This document shows positions 27,856 to 35,635 of a stretch of 64,000 nt of DNA, piece by piece. Each line of letters opens with the position of its first letter. Positions within the stretch are counted from its first letter, which is position 1. The notes under the pieces are model-generated. The model had not been told where the DNA came from. It worked only from the letters and a program-made list of their open reading frames with translations, and searched no databases. Position numbers and translations under genes: made by a program. Origin of the DNA: an uncultured delta proteobacterium (GTDB taxonomy: Bacteria > Desulfobacterota > Desulfobacteria > Desulfobacterales > B30-G6); the NCBI GenBank assembly GCA_963744665.1, contig CAVUUM010000026.1, forward strand, positions 97,270 through 161,269, read 5' to 3'.

Positions 27856-28946
27856 AGGGGACGTTCCTTTATATGTTGACAATCTAAAATTTGTCTGCAA
27901 TAAAACACAAATGCCACGCCAATCAAGAATAGACGCCCCTGGGGCTTTGCATCATATTATTGTGAGAGGCATCGAAAAAAAACCAATTTTTCGAGATGAT
28001 GCCGATAGAGATAACTTTTTGGAGCGATTGAAAAACATCTTGAAAGATGACGCAGCATTTTGCTTTGCATGGTCCCTAATGCCCAATCATGTTCATTTGC
28101 TTTTGAAAACCGGAAACACATCGATCTCAACTATTATGAGACGGCTTCTTACGGGTTACGCAGTCTATTATAATCGCAAACATGATCGTGCGGGCCATCT
28201 ATTTCAGAACCGATACAAATCGATTCTTTGCCAGGAAGACACATATCTTTTAGAACTGGTAAGATATATCCACTTGAACTCCCTCCGAGCAGGTATTGTA
28301 ACGGATCTTGAGTCGCTTGATAGATACAAATACAGTGGTCATGCAACAATAATTGGTAACGATAAGAACGACTGGCAAACTACTGAATATATTCTTGCTA
28401 TTTTTTCTGAAAGGCTATCACAAGCGCGCCGGAGATACCGGAAATACATACAAAAAGGAATATCTGCGGGGAAAAGACCGGATCTCGTTGGTGGTGGCCT
28501 TGTCAGGAGTGTTGGTGGCTGGCACGCTCTCAAGGATTTGAGAAGAAGAAAAGCGTACATGAAAGGAGATGAACGGATCTTGGGCGACAGTGATTTTATC
28601 AAAAATGTCCTTCAATCCTGTAGGGATGAATATGAACAAAAATATTTATTAAAAGCCAAAGGATACACTTTTGATACCGTTGTCGCTCGTGTCGCCGAAG
28701 TATTAGGCATGGAAAAAGCAGACGTTTTGTCAGCAGGTAGACAACCCCTACGGGTAAAGGCCAGAAGATTGTTATGTTTCTGGGCATCACGAGAACTCGG
28801 TATAACCATGGTGGACTTGGCCAAACGTTTAAAAATATCACCGTCGACCGTAAGCCAATCAGCTAGCCGTGGAGAAAAAATCGCAAAAGAAAGCAATTTA
28901 AGATTATTATGATGCAACATTATCAACTTATCAAGGAACGTCCCCT
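27856..28946 (+). mobile_element. IS200/RAYT-like unit: Y1 transposase gene bracketed by a perfect 13-bp inverted repeat
   Basis: aggggacgttcct at 27856..27868 and its exact reverse complement aggaacgtcccct at 28934..28946 flank the CDS 27911..28912. Confidence 0.6.
27911..28912 (+). CDS. REP-associated tyrosine transposase (IS200/Y1 HUH) fused to a C-terminal DnaA-C-like HTH domain
   Basis: From the Met at 27911, MPRQSRIDAPGALHHIIVRG...PNHVHLLL (HUH)...LVRYIHLN (catalytic Tyr region). The C-terminus RLLCFWASRELGITMVDLAKRLKISPSTVS is HTH-like. The ORF-track start at 27785 is probably too far upstream. Confidence 0.75.
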   Translation: MPRQSRIDAPGALHHIIVRGIEKKPIFRDDADRDNFLERLKNILKDDAAFCFAWSLMPNHVHLLLKTGNTSISTIMRRLLTGYAVYYNRKHDRAGHLFQNRYKSILCQEDTYLLELVRYIHLNSLRAGIVTDLESLDRYKYSGHATIIGNDKNDWQTTEYILAIFSERLSQARRRYRKYIQKGISAGKRPDLVGGGLVRSVGGWHALKDLRRRKAYMKGDERILGDSDFIKNVLQSCRDEYEQKYLLKAKGYTFDTVVARVAEVLGMEKADVLSAGRQPLRVKARRLLCFWASRELGITMVDLAKRLKISPSTVSQSASRGEKIAKESNLRLL

Positions 28947-28949
28947 ATT

Positions 28950-29774
28950 ATGATTGAGAAAATTGTATCCGGTGGTCGAACAGGTGTAGAAATGGCTGCC
29001 CTTGATGCGGCCATCAAGGTCGGCATGGCGTATGGTGGATGGATACCCAAAAATAACGGTGAGTTCGGTGACATGAAAGCGAATAAATACAACCTGACTG
29101 AAATGTCCACAACCCATCGGGTTGAAACCTTTAAAAAAAATATCCGGGAATCCGACGGGACGCTGATGCTTTCCCATGGAACATTATCCAAGGATGTAAA
29201 AACCACAAAAAATACGATCCAACGATACAGTACACCGCTGCTCCATGTAGACCTGAGCAGCACGAATGCCTTCAATGCCGCATCCCTGATCAATGACTGG
29301 CTTATCGATAACGATCTCAACATACTTCATGTTACAGGCCCCACCGAAAATGAGGATGACAACATATATTCGGCAACGCTTGACATCCTGCAGGCCGTCT
29401 ATTTTCTGAACCTGACAGAGACCAGTATGAACCACTCCATGGGAGTGCAGAATCTGCTTGCCCAGCCTTTGAAGACAGCGGTTCCACCAAAAACAGTGGA
29501 AGCAGCGGTCGACAATATCATCAATGAGATGCACCTGAAGGATCGGACGCTCATGGCCAATCTGAAAAAAGAGGAACTCGCCCCGCTGCAGTTGACCCTG
29601 GGACTGTATATCCAGAAAAAACTCGATCTCTGGTCCCAGGATGCAACACTAACTCATGCATGTGAAGCGGCGGCAGAAAAAGAAAAGCTGGACAAATCAA
29701 ACCTGCCCATGGTGCTGATCAAGATGATGTGGAAAAAGCTGAAAGATACGCATCGGCTGAGGGTGGTGAAGTGA
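28950..29774 (+). CDS. SLOG-superfamily (circularly permuted YpsA / putative molybdenum-carrier-like) protein with an extra C-terminal domain
   Basis: 274-aa ORF. MIEKIVSGGRTGVEMAALDAAIKVGMAYGGWIPK is typical of that family. The C-terminal ~120 aa form a separate helical domain. Confidence 0.55.
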   Translation: MIEKIVSGGRTGVEMAALDAAIKVGMAYGGWIPKNNGEFGDMKANKYNLTEMSTTHRVETFKKNIRESDGTLMLSHGTLSKDVKTTKNTIQRYSTPLLHVDLSSTNAFNAASLINDWLIDNDLNILHVTGPTENEDDNIYSATLDILQAVYFLNLTETSMNHSMGVQNLLAQPLKTAVPPKTVEAAVDNIINEMHLKDRTLMANLKKEELAPLQLTLGLYIQKKLDLWSQDATLTHACEAAAEKEKLDKSNLPMVLIKMMWKKLKDTHRLRVVK

Positions 29775-29775
29775 C

Positions 29776-29896
29776 GGAAGGGTTCAAGGTTCTGAGGGTG
29801 ATACAAGGGTTCGAGGGTCACGAACAACTATCAGCGGAAAGCAACATCCCAGTTTCCAGGCATCATAGCGTCCAAACATCCTGAGCGTATATGAGC
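29776..29896 (+). repeat. Intergenic repeat family B, copy 1
   Basis: ggaagggttcaaggttctgagggtgatacaagggttcgagggt...agcaacatcccagtttccaggcatc... matches the reverse complement of 50561..50697. Confidence 0.8.
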
Positions 29897-29903
29897 TTCT
29901 CCC

Positions 29904-30122
29904 TTACCTGTTACGATCCCTGTAAAGTTTCATTAGCAGTACTATTGTGGGGATCAGATGGTAAAAAAGGTCGAAGATATCAATGGGTCTGTACAATGTG
30001 CTGTTTTTGAGCATCATCAACTTCTCAACAACGTGGGGCATGGGCCGAAAAGGCGCTAGAAGCATAAGCACGGTCAAAATTAACAGAATGGTGTATGGTA
30101 TCCTGTCTATAAAGCTCCACAT
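29904..30122 (-). CDS. Small two-TM membrane protein (hypothetical)
   Basis: 72-aa ORF with two hydrophobic segments (ILLILTVLMLLAPF, FYHLIPTIVLLM). There is no competing ORF. Confidence 0.4.
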   Translation of the reverse strand: MWSFIDRIPYTILLILTVLMLLAPFRPMPHVVEKLMMLKNSTLYRPIDIFDLFYHLIPTIVLLMKLYRDRNR

Positions 30123-30254
30123 GGGGTGTCTCCTAATAAACTCGTTACCCGATTTTATCTGTTATTGAACAGAAGTCAACACGCACATCCGGGACATCCT
30201 GCAATTCTTTTTCCTTGACTAAAACGGGATTCCATGAGTATTTTGACCTCTCAT

Positions 30255-30375
30255 TTGAAGATTCCTTACAGCAAGCTACGAGGAATCTTCGACCGTAAGG
30301 AATTCTGTCTAATTTTGATTCGCTCGCTAACCTCGCGGCAAGCCACGGGGAATGCACTCGCTGTTGCGGTTCAAC
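30255..30375 (+). repeat. REP/MITE-like repeat family A, copy 2
   Basis: acgaggaatcttcgaccgtaaggaattctgtctaattttgattcgctcgctaacctcgcggcaagccacggggaatgcactcgct is nearly identical to 14043..14127. Confidence 0.8.
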
Positions 30376-30408
30376 AATTGCTGACCCGGCATCCAGGAGA
30401 ATTCGCCC

Positions 30409-31458
30409 ATGGACATGAAAAGGGATTACTATGAGGATGTACAGTTCTTTACATCCGGTGCCATCGCCTTCTGGCTGAGTATTCTGGTTATCGGACTCGC
30501 CCTCTTCCCGTTTGTCGCCAGGAATTATTATGTGTATGTGGCCAACTACATGGCCATCAATGTCATCGTTGTCATCGGTCTCAACCTTCTGGTGGGCTAC
30601 ACCGGGCAGATATCCATGGGGCATGCCGGTTTTTTTGCCATTGGCGCCTATGGCACCGTTGCTCTGATGACCCACGCGCACTTTCCTTTTCTGCTGGCCC
30701 TGCCCACGGCTGGACTTATTGCCGCAGGTTTCGGCTTTCTGCTGGGTCTACCGGCCCTGCGGCTGGAAGGACCCTATCTTGCCATCGCCACCCTCGGATT
30801 CGGCATTACCATCACCCAGATTATCGGCAAAATCAAAATTCTGGGAGAACGTCAGGGTTTGCACGCGCCGGAACTGACCATCGGCCCCTGGCATTTGAGC
30901 ACCGACAAGGATTTTTACTTTCTTTTGATTCCCATCACCATCCTTCTGGCGGTCCTGGCCCGCAATCTTGTCCACACAAAAGTCGGCCGGGCCTTTATCG
31001 CCATCCGTGACGCCGATATCGCCGCTGAAACCATGGGGGTCAACCTGACACTGTATAAAACCCTGGCCTTTGCCGTCAGCGCTTTTTATGCAGGGGTGGG
31101 CGGCGGGCTGTATGCCTTTGTGCTGCGATTTATCGAGCCAGAACTGTTCAGCCTTTTCATGTCCGTCATGTTTCTGACAATGGCGGTGGTGGGGGGTCTC
31201 GGCTCCATGATGGGACCGGTCGCCGGGGCCTGCCTGCTCGGTTTTCTTGATCTGCAACTTCGAAATATCCTTGAACTTCCTTATATAGGACAGTGGATAA
31301 AAGCCCTGTCGGAAAGCTATTTTACCCTAACCGGCGTTTCCAACATTCAAATGATAGTATTCGGATCGATCCTGGTCGCAATCATGCTTTTTGAACCCCT
31401 GGGCATCTACGGTATCTGGATACGAACCAAGAAATACTGGAAGATGTGGCCATTCTAA
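30409..31458 (+). CDS. Branched-chain-amino-acid-type ABC transporter permease (LivM-like)
   Basis: 349-aa polytopic ORF with LLVGYTGQISMGHAGFFAIGAY. Confidence 0.8.
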   Translation: MDMKRDYYEDVQFFTSGAIAFWLSILVIGLALFPFVARNYYVYVANYMAINVIVVIGLNLLVGYTGQISMGHAGFFAIGAYGTVALMTHAHFPFLLALPTAGLIAAGFGFLLGLPALRLEGPYLAIATLGFGITITQIIGKIKILGERQGLHAPELTIGPWHLSTDKDFYFLLIPITILLAVLARNLVHTKVGRAFIAIRDADIAAETMGVNLTLYKTLAFAVSAFYAGVGGGLYAFVLRFIEPELFSLFMSVMFLTMAVVGGLGSMMGPVAGACLLGFLDLQLRNILELPYIGQWIKALSESYFTLTGVSNIQMIVFGSILVAIMLFEPLGIYGIWIRTKKYWKMWPF

Positions 31459-31519
31459 AAATCGAAGAACAACTTTTTAGAATAGAACGCGGCTTCGCCG
31501 CTATTTTAAGAGGAATTAA

Positions 31520-32395
31520 ATGGTTGATTTTCTACAGATGGTGCTCAGCGGTATTGCCGTGGGCAGTTCCTATGCGCTCATGGGGCTCGGGATGGTTCTG
31601 ATCTACAAGGCCTCCGAGGTCCCCAATTTTGTTCAGGGCGAAATGGCGCTTCTGCCGGTCTTTATCACCTATATGCTACTCAGCTCTTATGGACTTCCCT
31701 ATTACATTGCCTTTCCCGCGACACTTATATTTGCATTTATCCTGGGCTGCATTCTGGAATTTGCCGTGCTCCGGCGGGCCAAGGAACCGAATGTCCTGGG
31801 TCTGATCATCATCACCATCGGTCTTGAAATGCTGCTGATCGGGTTTGTCTCCTGGAAATTCGGTGCCGAACAACACGTCATGCCCTTTCCCATCTCCACT
31901 TACGACGCCATCATTCTTGGCGATATTTTTATCAGTACCCTGGATATGCTGACCCTGGTGGTGGCCCTGATCATTATGCTGATCCTGTTTCTCTTTTTCA
32001 GGTTCTCCAAAATCGGCGTGGCCATGAAAGCCACCCAGCAAAACGAAAACGCAGCAGCCTTGATGGGCATCAAGACCCACCAGATCCGCATGATCACCTG
32101 GGGCATATCGGCTGTGGTTGGCAGTGTGGCCGGTCTGTTGATTGCGCCAGTCCTGATGCAACCCTATATGATGTGGGACCCCATGCTCAAGGGATTCGCC
32201 GGTGCCGTGGTGGGAGGCATGACCTCCTTGCCCGGAGCCGTTTTCGGCGCCTATATCGTGGGTGTGGTGGAACACCTTTTCGGTGGCTACGTATCCATCG
32301 AATTCAAATCCGTTGTAGCGTTTGTGGTTATAGTCCTGGTACTGTGCTTCAAACCGAGTGGCTTGTTTGCCAGGCATTATGTAAAGAAAGTATAA
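31520..32395 (+). CDS. Branched-chain-amino-acid-type ABC transporter permease (LivH-like)
   Basis: 291-aa polytopic ORF with SGIAVGSSYALMGLGMVLIY...NFVQGEM. Confidence 0.8.
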   Translation: MVDFLQMVLSGIAVGSSYALMGLGMVLIYKASEVPNFVQGEMALLPVFITYMLLSSYGLPYYIAFPATLIFAFILGCILEFAVLRRAKEPNVLGLIIITIGLEMLLIGFVSWKFGAEQHVMPFPISTYDAIILGDIFISTLDMLTLVVALIIMLILFLFFRFSKIGVAMKATQQNENAAALMGIKTHQIRMITWGISAVVGSVAGLLIAPVLMQPYMMWDPMLKGFAGAVVGGMTSLPGAVFGAYIVGVVEHLFGGYVSIEFKSVVAFVVIVLVLCFKPSGLFARHYVKKV

Positions 32396-32589
32396 CCTAG
32401 ATGAGCGTTTCAAATTTTAAGAATAACGGCAACCTCGACAATCGCTCAACTTAGGTGTAAACTAGTGTTTAGTTTTTTGTGTTTGGTCAGATTGACGAGA
32501 TACCATGCCAAACACCAAATACAACATACTAAACACAAAACACAAAACACGATACACCAAACACCAAATAACAAAAAAGGAGAAGAAGA

Positions 32590-33837
32590 ATGAAAAAGAA
32601 TCTTTTAAGCGTTTTTGCTGTGATGGTGGTGATGCTATTTGGTCTGACCTTGACGACCTCGGCCGAAGAAGGTGTAACCGATACCGAGATCCACGTGGGC
32701 CAATGGGGCCCCCAAACCGGACCGGCAGCTCCCTGGGGTTCCGTGGCCCGTGGTACGGATGCTTACTTTAAAATGATCAATGCCGAAGGGGGCATCCATG
32801 GCCGTAAACTGGTGCACCATTACTTTGACGATGGCTACAATCCCGCCAAAACCAAGGCCGGCGTCAAACAACTCCAGGAAGAAGTTGGTATGTTTGCCTG
32901 GGTGGTTGGTGTGGGCACGGCTCCCGGCCTGGCGGTTAAAGACTATCTCATGGAGCGTAAGATCCCCTGGGTGGGTCCGGCGGCTGCATCGCGTCATTGG
33001 GTTGAACCGCCCAACAAGTATCTTTTCAACGACTATCCGCTCTACCTTGGCGATGCCCAGGTGCTGTGCCAGTACGCTGTTGGCACATTGAAATTTAAAC
33101 GCATCGCCATCGCCTACCAGAACGATGATTATGGCAAACAGGGGCTGGAAGGGGCTGAGAAGCAACTGGCCAAATATGGCATGGAACTGGTGGAAGCCAT
33201 TCCGGTCAACCTATCCGATACCGACATGAAACCGCACATCATGAAATTCCGCAAGGCCGAGGCCGAGGCGGTTCTCTTGTTTGTTAGCCCAGGCCATGTG
33301 GCCCGTTTGCAGGGCACCGGCAAGGCCATGGAGTTTACACCCCAGTGGATGAGCACCAGCACCTGTAGCGACGTGCCCCTGATGATGCACATCACCAAAG
33401 GCGGTTTTGCCGGCACCATTTTTGCTGGCTTGGCAGCGTCAAGTACTAAGCTGGAAATAGGGAGTATCGACGATTTGAACAACCCGACCCATCCGCTGCT
33501 GAAAAAATACTACAACGATGCCTATAAAAAATTTGCGGCCAAGGAAGAGCGCTGGGGTGTTTTCTTCATCGCCGGTTTCACCTTTGCGGAGCCTTTTGTG
33601 GAGGGCTTGAAGCGCTGTGGCCGCGATCTGACCCGTGAAAAACTGGTGGCTGAAATGGAAAAACTCCAAAATTTCCGTGGCACTGCTGGACCGGTCAGCT
33701 ATGCGCCCTTTGATCCCAATGATCCTATGTGCCGTCTGGGAGCCTCTGCAGTTTTTCTGGGCCAGGCAACCGCCGAGGCTAAAACCAAAATCCTGACATA
33801 CTGGACGCCGACGGATTATATCCCCATGAGCAAATAA
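32590..33837 (+). CDS. ABC transporter periplasmic substrate-binding protein (LivK / Peripla_BP_6-like)
   Basis: 415-aa ORF with a signal peptide and a type I PBP-like sequence. It sits inside the liv-type operon. Confidence 0.8.
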   Translation: MKKNLLSVFAVMVVMLFGLTLTTSAEEGVTDTEIHVGQWGPQTGPAAPWGSVARGTDAYFKMINAEGGIHGRKLVHHYFDDGYNPAKTKAGVKQLQEEVGMFAWVVGVGTAPGLAVKDYLMERKIPWVGPAAASRHWVEPPNKYLFNDYPLYLGDAQVLCQYAVGTLKFKRIAIAYQNDDYGKQGLEGAEKQLAKYGMELVEAIPVNLSDTDMKPHIMKFRKAEAEAVLLFVSPGHVARLQGTGKAMEFTPQWMSTSTCSDVPLMMHITKGGFAGTIFAGLAASSTKLEIGSIDDLNNPTHPLLKKYYNDAYKKFAAKEERWGVFFIAGFTFAEPFVEGLKRCGRDLTREKLVAEMEKLQNFRGTAGPVSYAPFDPNDPMCRLGASAVFLGQATAEAKTKILTYWTPTDYIPMSK

Positions 33838-33842
33838 ATCAC

Positions 33843-33880
33843 ACTGTCGGCCGTGATGTTAATAAGCATCACGGCCGACA
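33843..33880 (+). other. Perfect 15-bp intercistronic hairpin (no U-tract)
   Basis: ctgtcggccgtgatg (33843..33857), an 8-nt loop, then catcacggccgacag (33866..33880). It starts 6 nt after the binding-protein stop codon. Confidence 0.7.
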
Positions 33881-33911
33881 GTATAGAATAACCATTTAGG
33901 ATACAAATTGT

Positions 33912-34700
33912 ATGTCTTTTTTTGAGGTAAAAAATTTGTCCATCAGCTTTGGTGGTCTCAAAGCATTGGACGACATCTCCTTTGGGGTCAAAAAGGGCGA
34001 GATCTACGCTATTATCGGTCCCAATGGTGCTGGAAAAACCACCCTGTTCAACTGCATCAATGGAATCTACAAACCCAACAAGGGTCAGATCCTTTTCAAA
34101 GACCGCAAGATTCGGGGCAAAAAACCGGACAAAGTCGCCAGGATGGGTATTGCCCGGACATTCCAGAACATCGAGCTCTTCAACAACATGAACGCCATGG
34201 AAAATATCATGATCGGCCGGCATCTGCATATGAAAACCGGTCTGTTCAGAGGCGCCTTTCTATGGGGAAAAAATTCCTTTGCAGGTAAAGAGGAAACGTC
34301 TCATCGCAAAAAAGTGGAAGAAATCATCGATCTCCTGGATCTTCAGTCGGCCCGCAACAAATTTGTGGGTGGTCTGCCCTACGGCACCCAGAAGCAGATC
34401 GAACTGGCCAGGGCTCTGGCACTGGAACCGGAGCTGCTTCTCCTGGACGAACCCTGTGCCGGCATGAATGCCGAAGAAAAGCAGGACATGATCTTCTGGG
34501 TCAAGGATATCCAGGATGAGCTGGGCATCACCATCTTGCTCATCGAACACGACATGACCATGGTCATGGACATTTCAGACCGTATCCTGGCCATAAATTT
34601 CGGAAAAACCATTACCGAGGGATCGCCGCAAGAGGTTCAGAAACATCCTGAAGTATTGCGAGCCTATTTAGGAGAAGACGACGGTGAGTGCGCTGCTTGA
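33912..34700 (+). CDS. ABC transporter ATP-binding protein (LivG-like)
   Basis: 262-aa ORF with Walker A GPNGAGKTT, signature LPYGTQKQIE and Walker B LLLLDEP. Confidence 0.85.
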   Translation: MSFFEVKNLSISFGGLKALDDISFGVKKGEIYAIIGPNGAGKTTLFNCINGIYKPNKGQILFKDRKIRGKKPDKVARMGIARTFQNIELFNNMNAMENIMIGRHLHMKTGLFRGAFLWGKNSFAGKEETSHRKKVEEIIDLLDLQSARNKFVGGLPYGTQKQIELARALALEPELLLLDEPCAGMNAEEKQDMIFWVKDIQDELGITILLIEHDMTMVMDISDRILAINFGKTITEGSPQEVQKHPEVLRAYLGEDDGECAA

Positions 34701-35460
34701 AATAAAGAATATTGAAACCTATTACGATCTGATTTATGCCATCCGGGGCGCATCCCTCACCGTTGAGGAAGGCAGCATTACCGCCATTCTGGGGAATAAC
34801 GGCGCCGGGAAATCCACGATCCTGAAGACGGTCATGGGTCTCATCGAAGACCAGCCGGACAAGGGCACCATCGAATTCATGGGCAAACGCATCGACGGCC
34901 TGGACACGGACAAGATCGTCCGCATGGGAATCACCCTGGTACCGGAAGGCCGGGAAGTGTTTGAGGAGCTCACGATCCGGGAAAATCTTCTCATGGGAGC
35001 CTACATCCGCAACGACAAAAATGAAATCGACCAGGATTTTGACAGGGTGTTTAACTACTTTCCCATTTTGAAGGAGCGTGTGAACCAGTGGGCCGGAACC
35101 CTCTCCGGCGGTGAACAGCAGATGCTGGCCATTGGCCGCGCCCTCATGAGCCGACCAAAGCTTCTCTTTCTGGATGAACCGTCTTTGGGTCTCTCCCCTA
35201 TCCTGGTCAAGGATATCTTTGATATTATCAAAACCATCAACATCGAGGGAGTCACGATCCTCCTGGTGGAGCAGAATGCCCGTATGGCTCTGGGCGTTTC
35301 GAAAACCGGGCTGATCATCGAAAACGGCCGCTTTGTCATGAAAGGCAATGCCTGCGACTTGATGGAAGACAAAGACGTCAAGGAGTTTTACATGGGCGTT
35401 AAATCGGAGGCTTCCGTCAAAGGGTATCAACGCTGGAAACGTAAGAAGGCATGGCGATAA
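34684..35460 (+). CDS. ABC transporter ATP-binding protein (LivF-like)
   Basis: 258-aa ORF with GNNGAGKST, LSGGEQQML and LLFLDEPS. Confidence 0.85.
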   Translation: MSALLEIKNIETYYDLIYAIRGASLTVEEGSITAILGNNGAGKSTILKTVMGLIEDQPDKGTIEFMGKRIDGLDTDKIVRMGITLVPEGREVFEELTIRENLLMGAYIRNDKNEIDQDFDRVFNYFPILKERVNQWAGTLSGGEQQMLAIGRALMSRPKLLFLDEPSLGLSPILVKDIFDIIKTINIEGVTILLVEQNARMALGVSKTGLIIENGRFVMKGNACDLMEDKDVKEFYMGVKSEASVKGYQRWKRKKAWR

Positions 35461-35635
35461 ATTTGCTGCGCAAATTTATATGACGCGGCTGCGCCGCTAT
35501 GGTGCGTTGGGATGTTGATTGGGTTGATAGGGTTCTTTGCTTTTACACCCTATCCGAAACAACAACATTGCAGCACATGCCTCACATAACACCAAACACC
35601 AAACACCAAACACGAAATACTAAACACTAAACACA

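Noticed and set aside
32463-32580. Short tandem caccaaa/cacaaaa repeats considered as a CRISPR array or VNTR
   Set aside because: The units are 6-8 nt and degenerate, with no spacer structure. There are no cas genes in the window. I treat them as a low-complexity leader instead.
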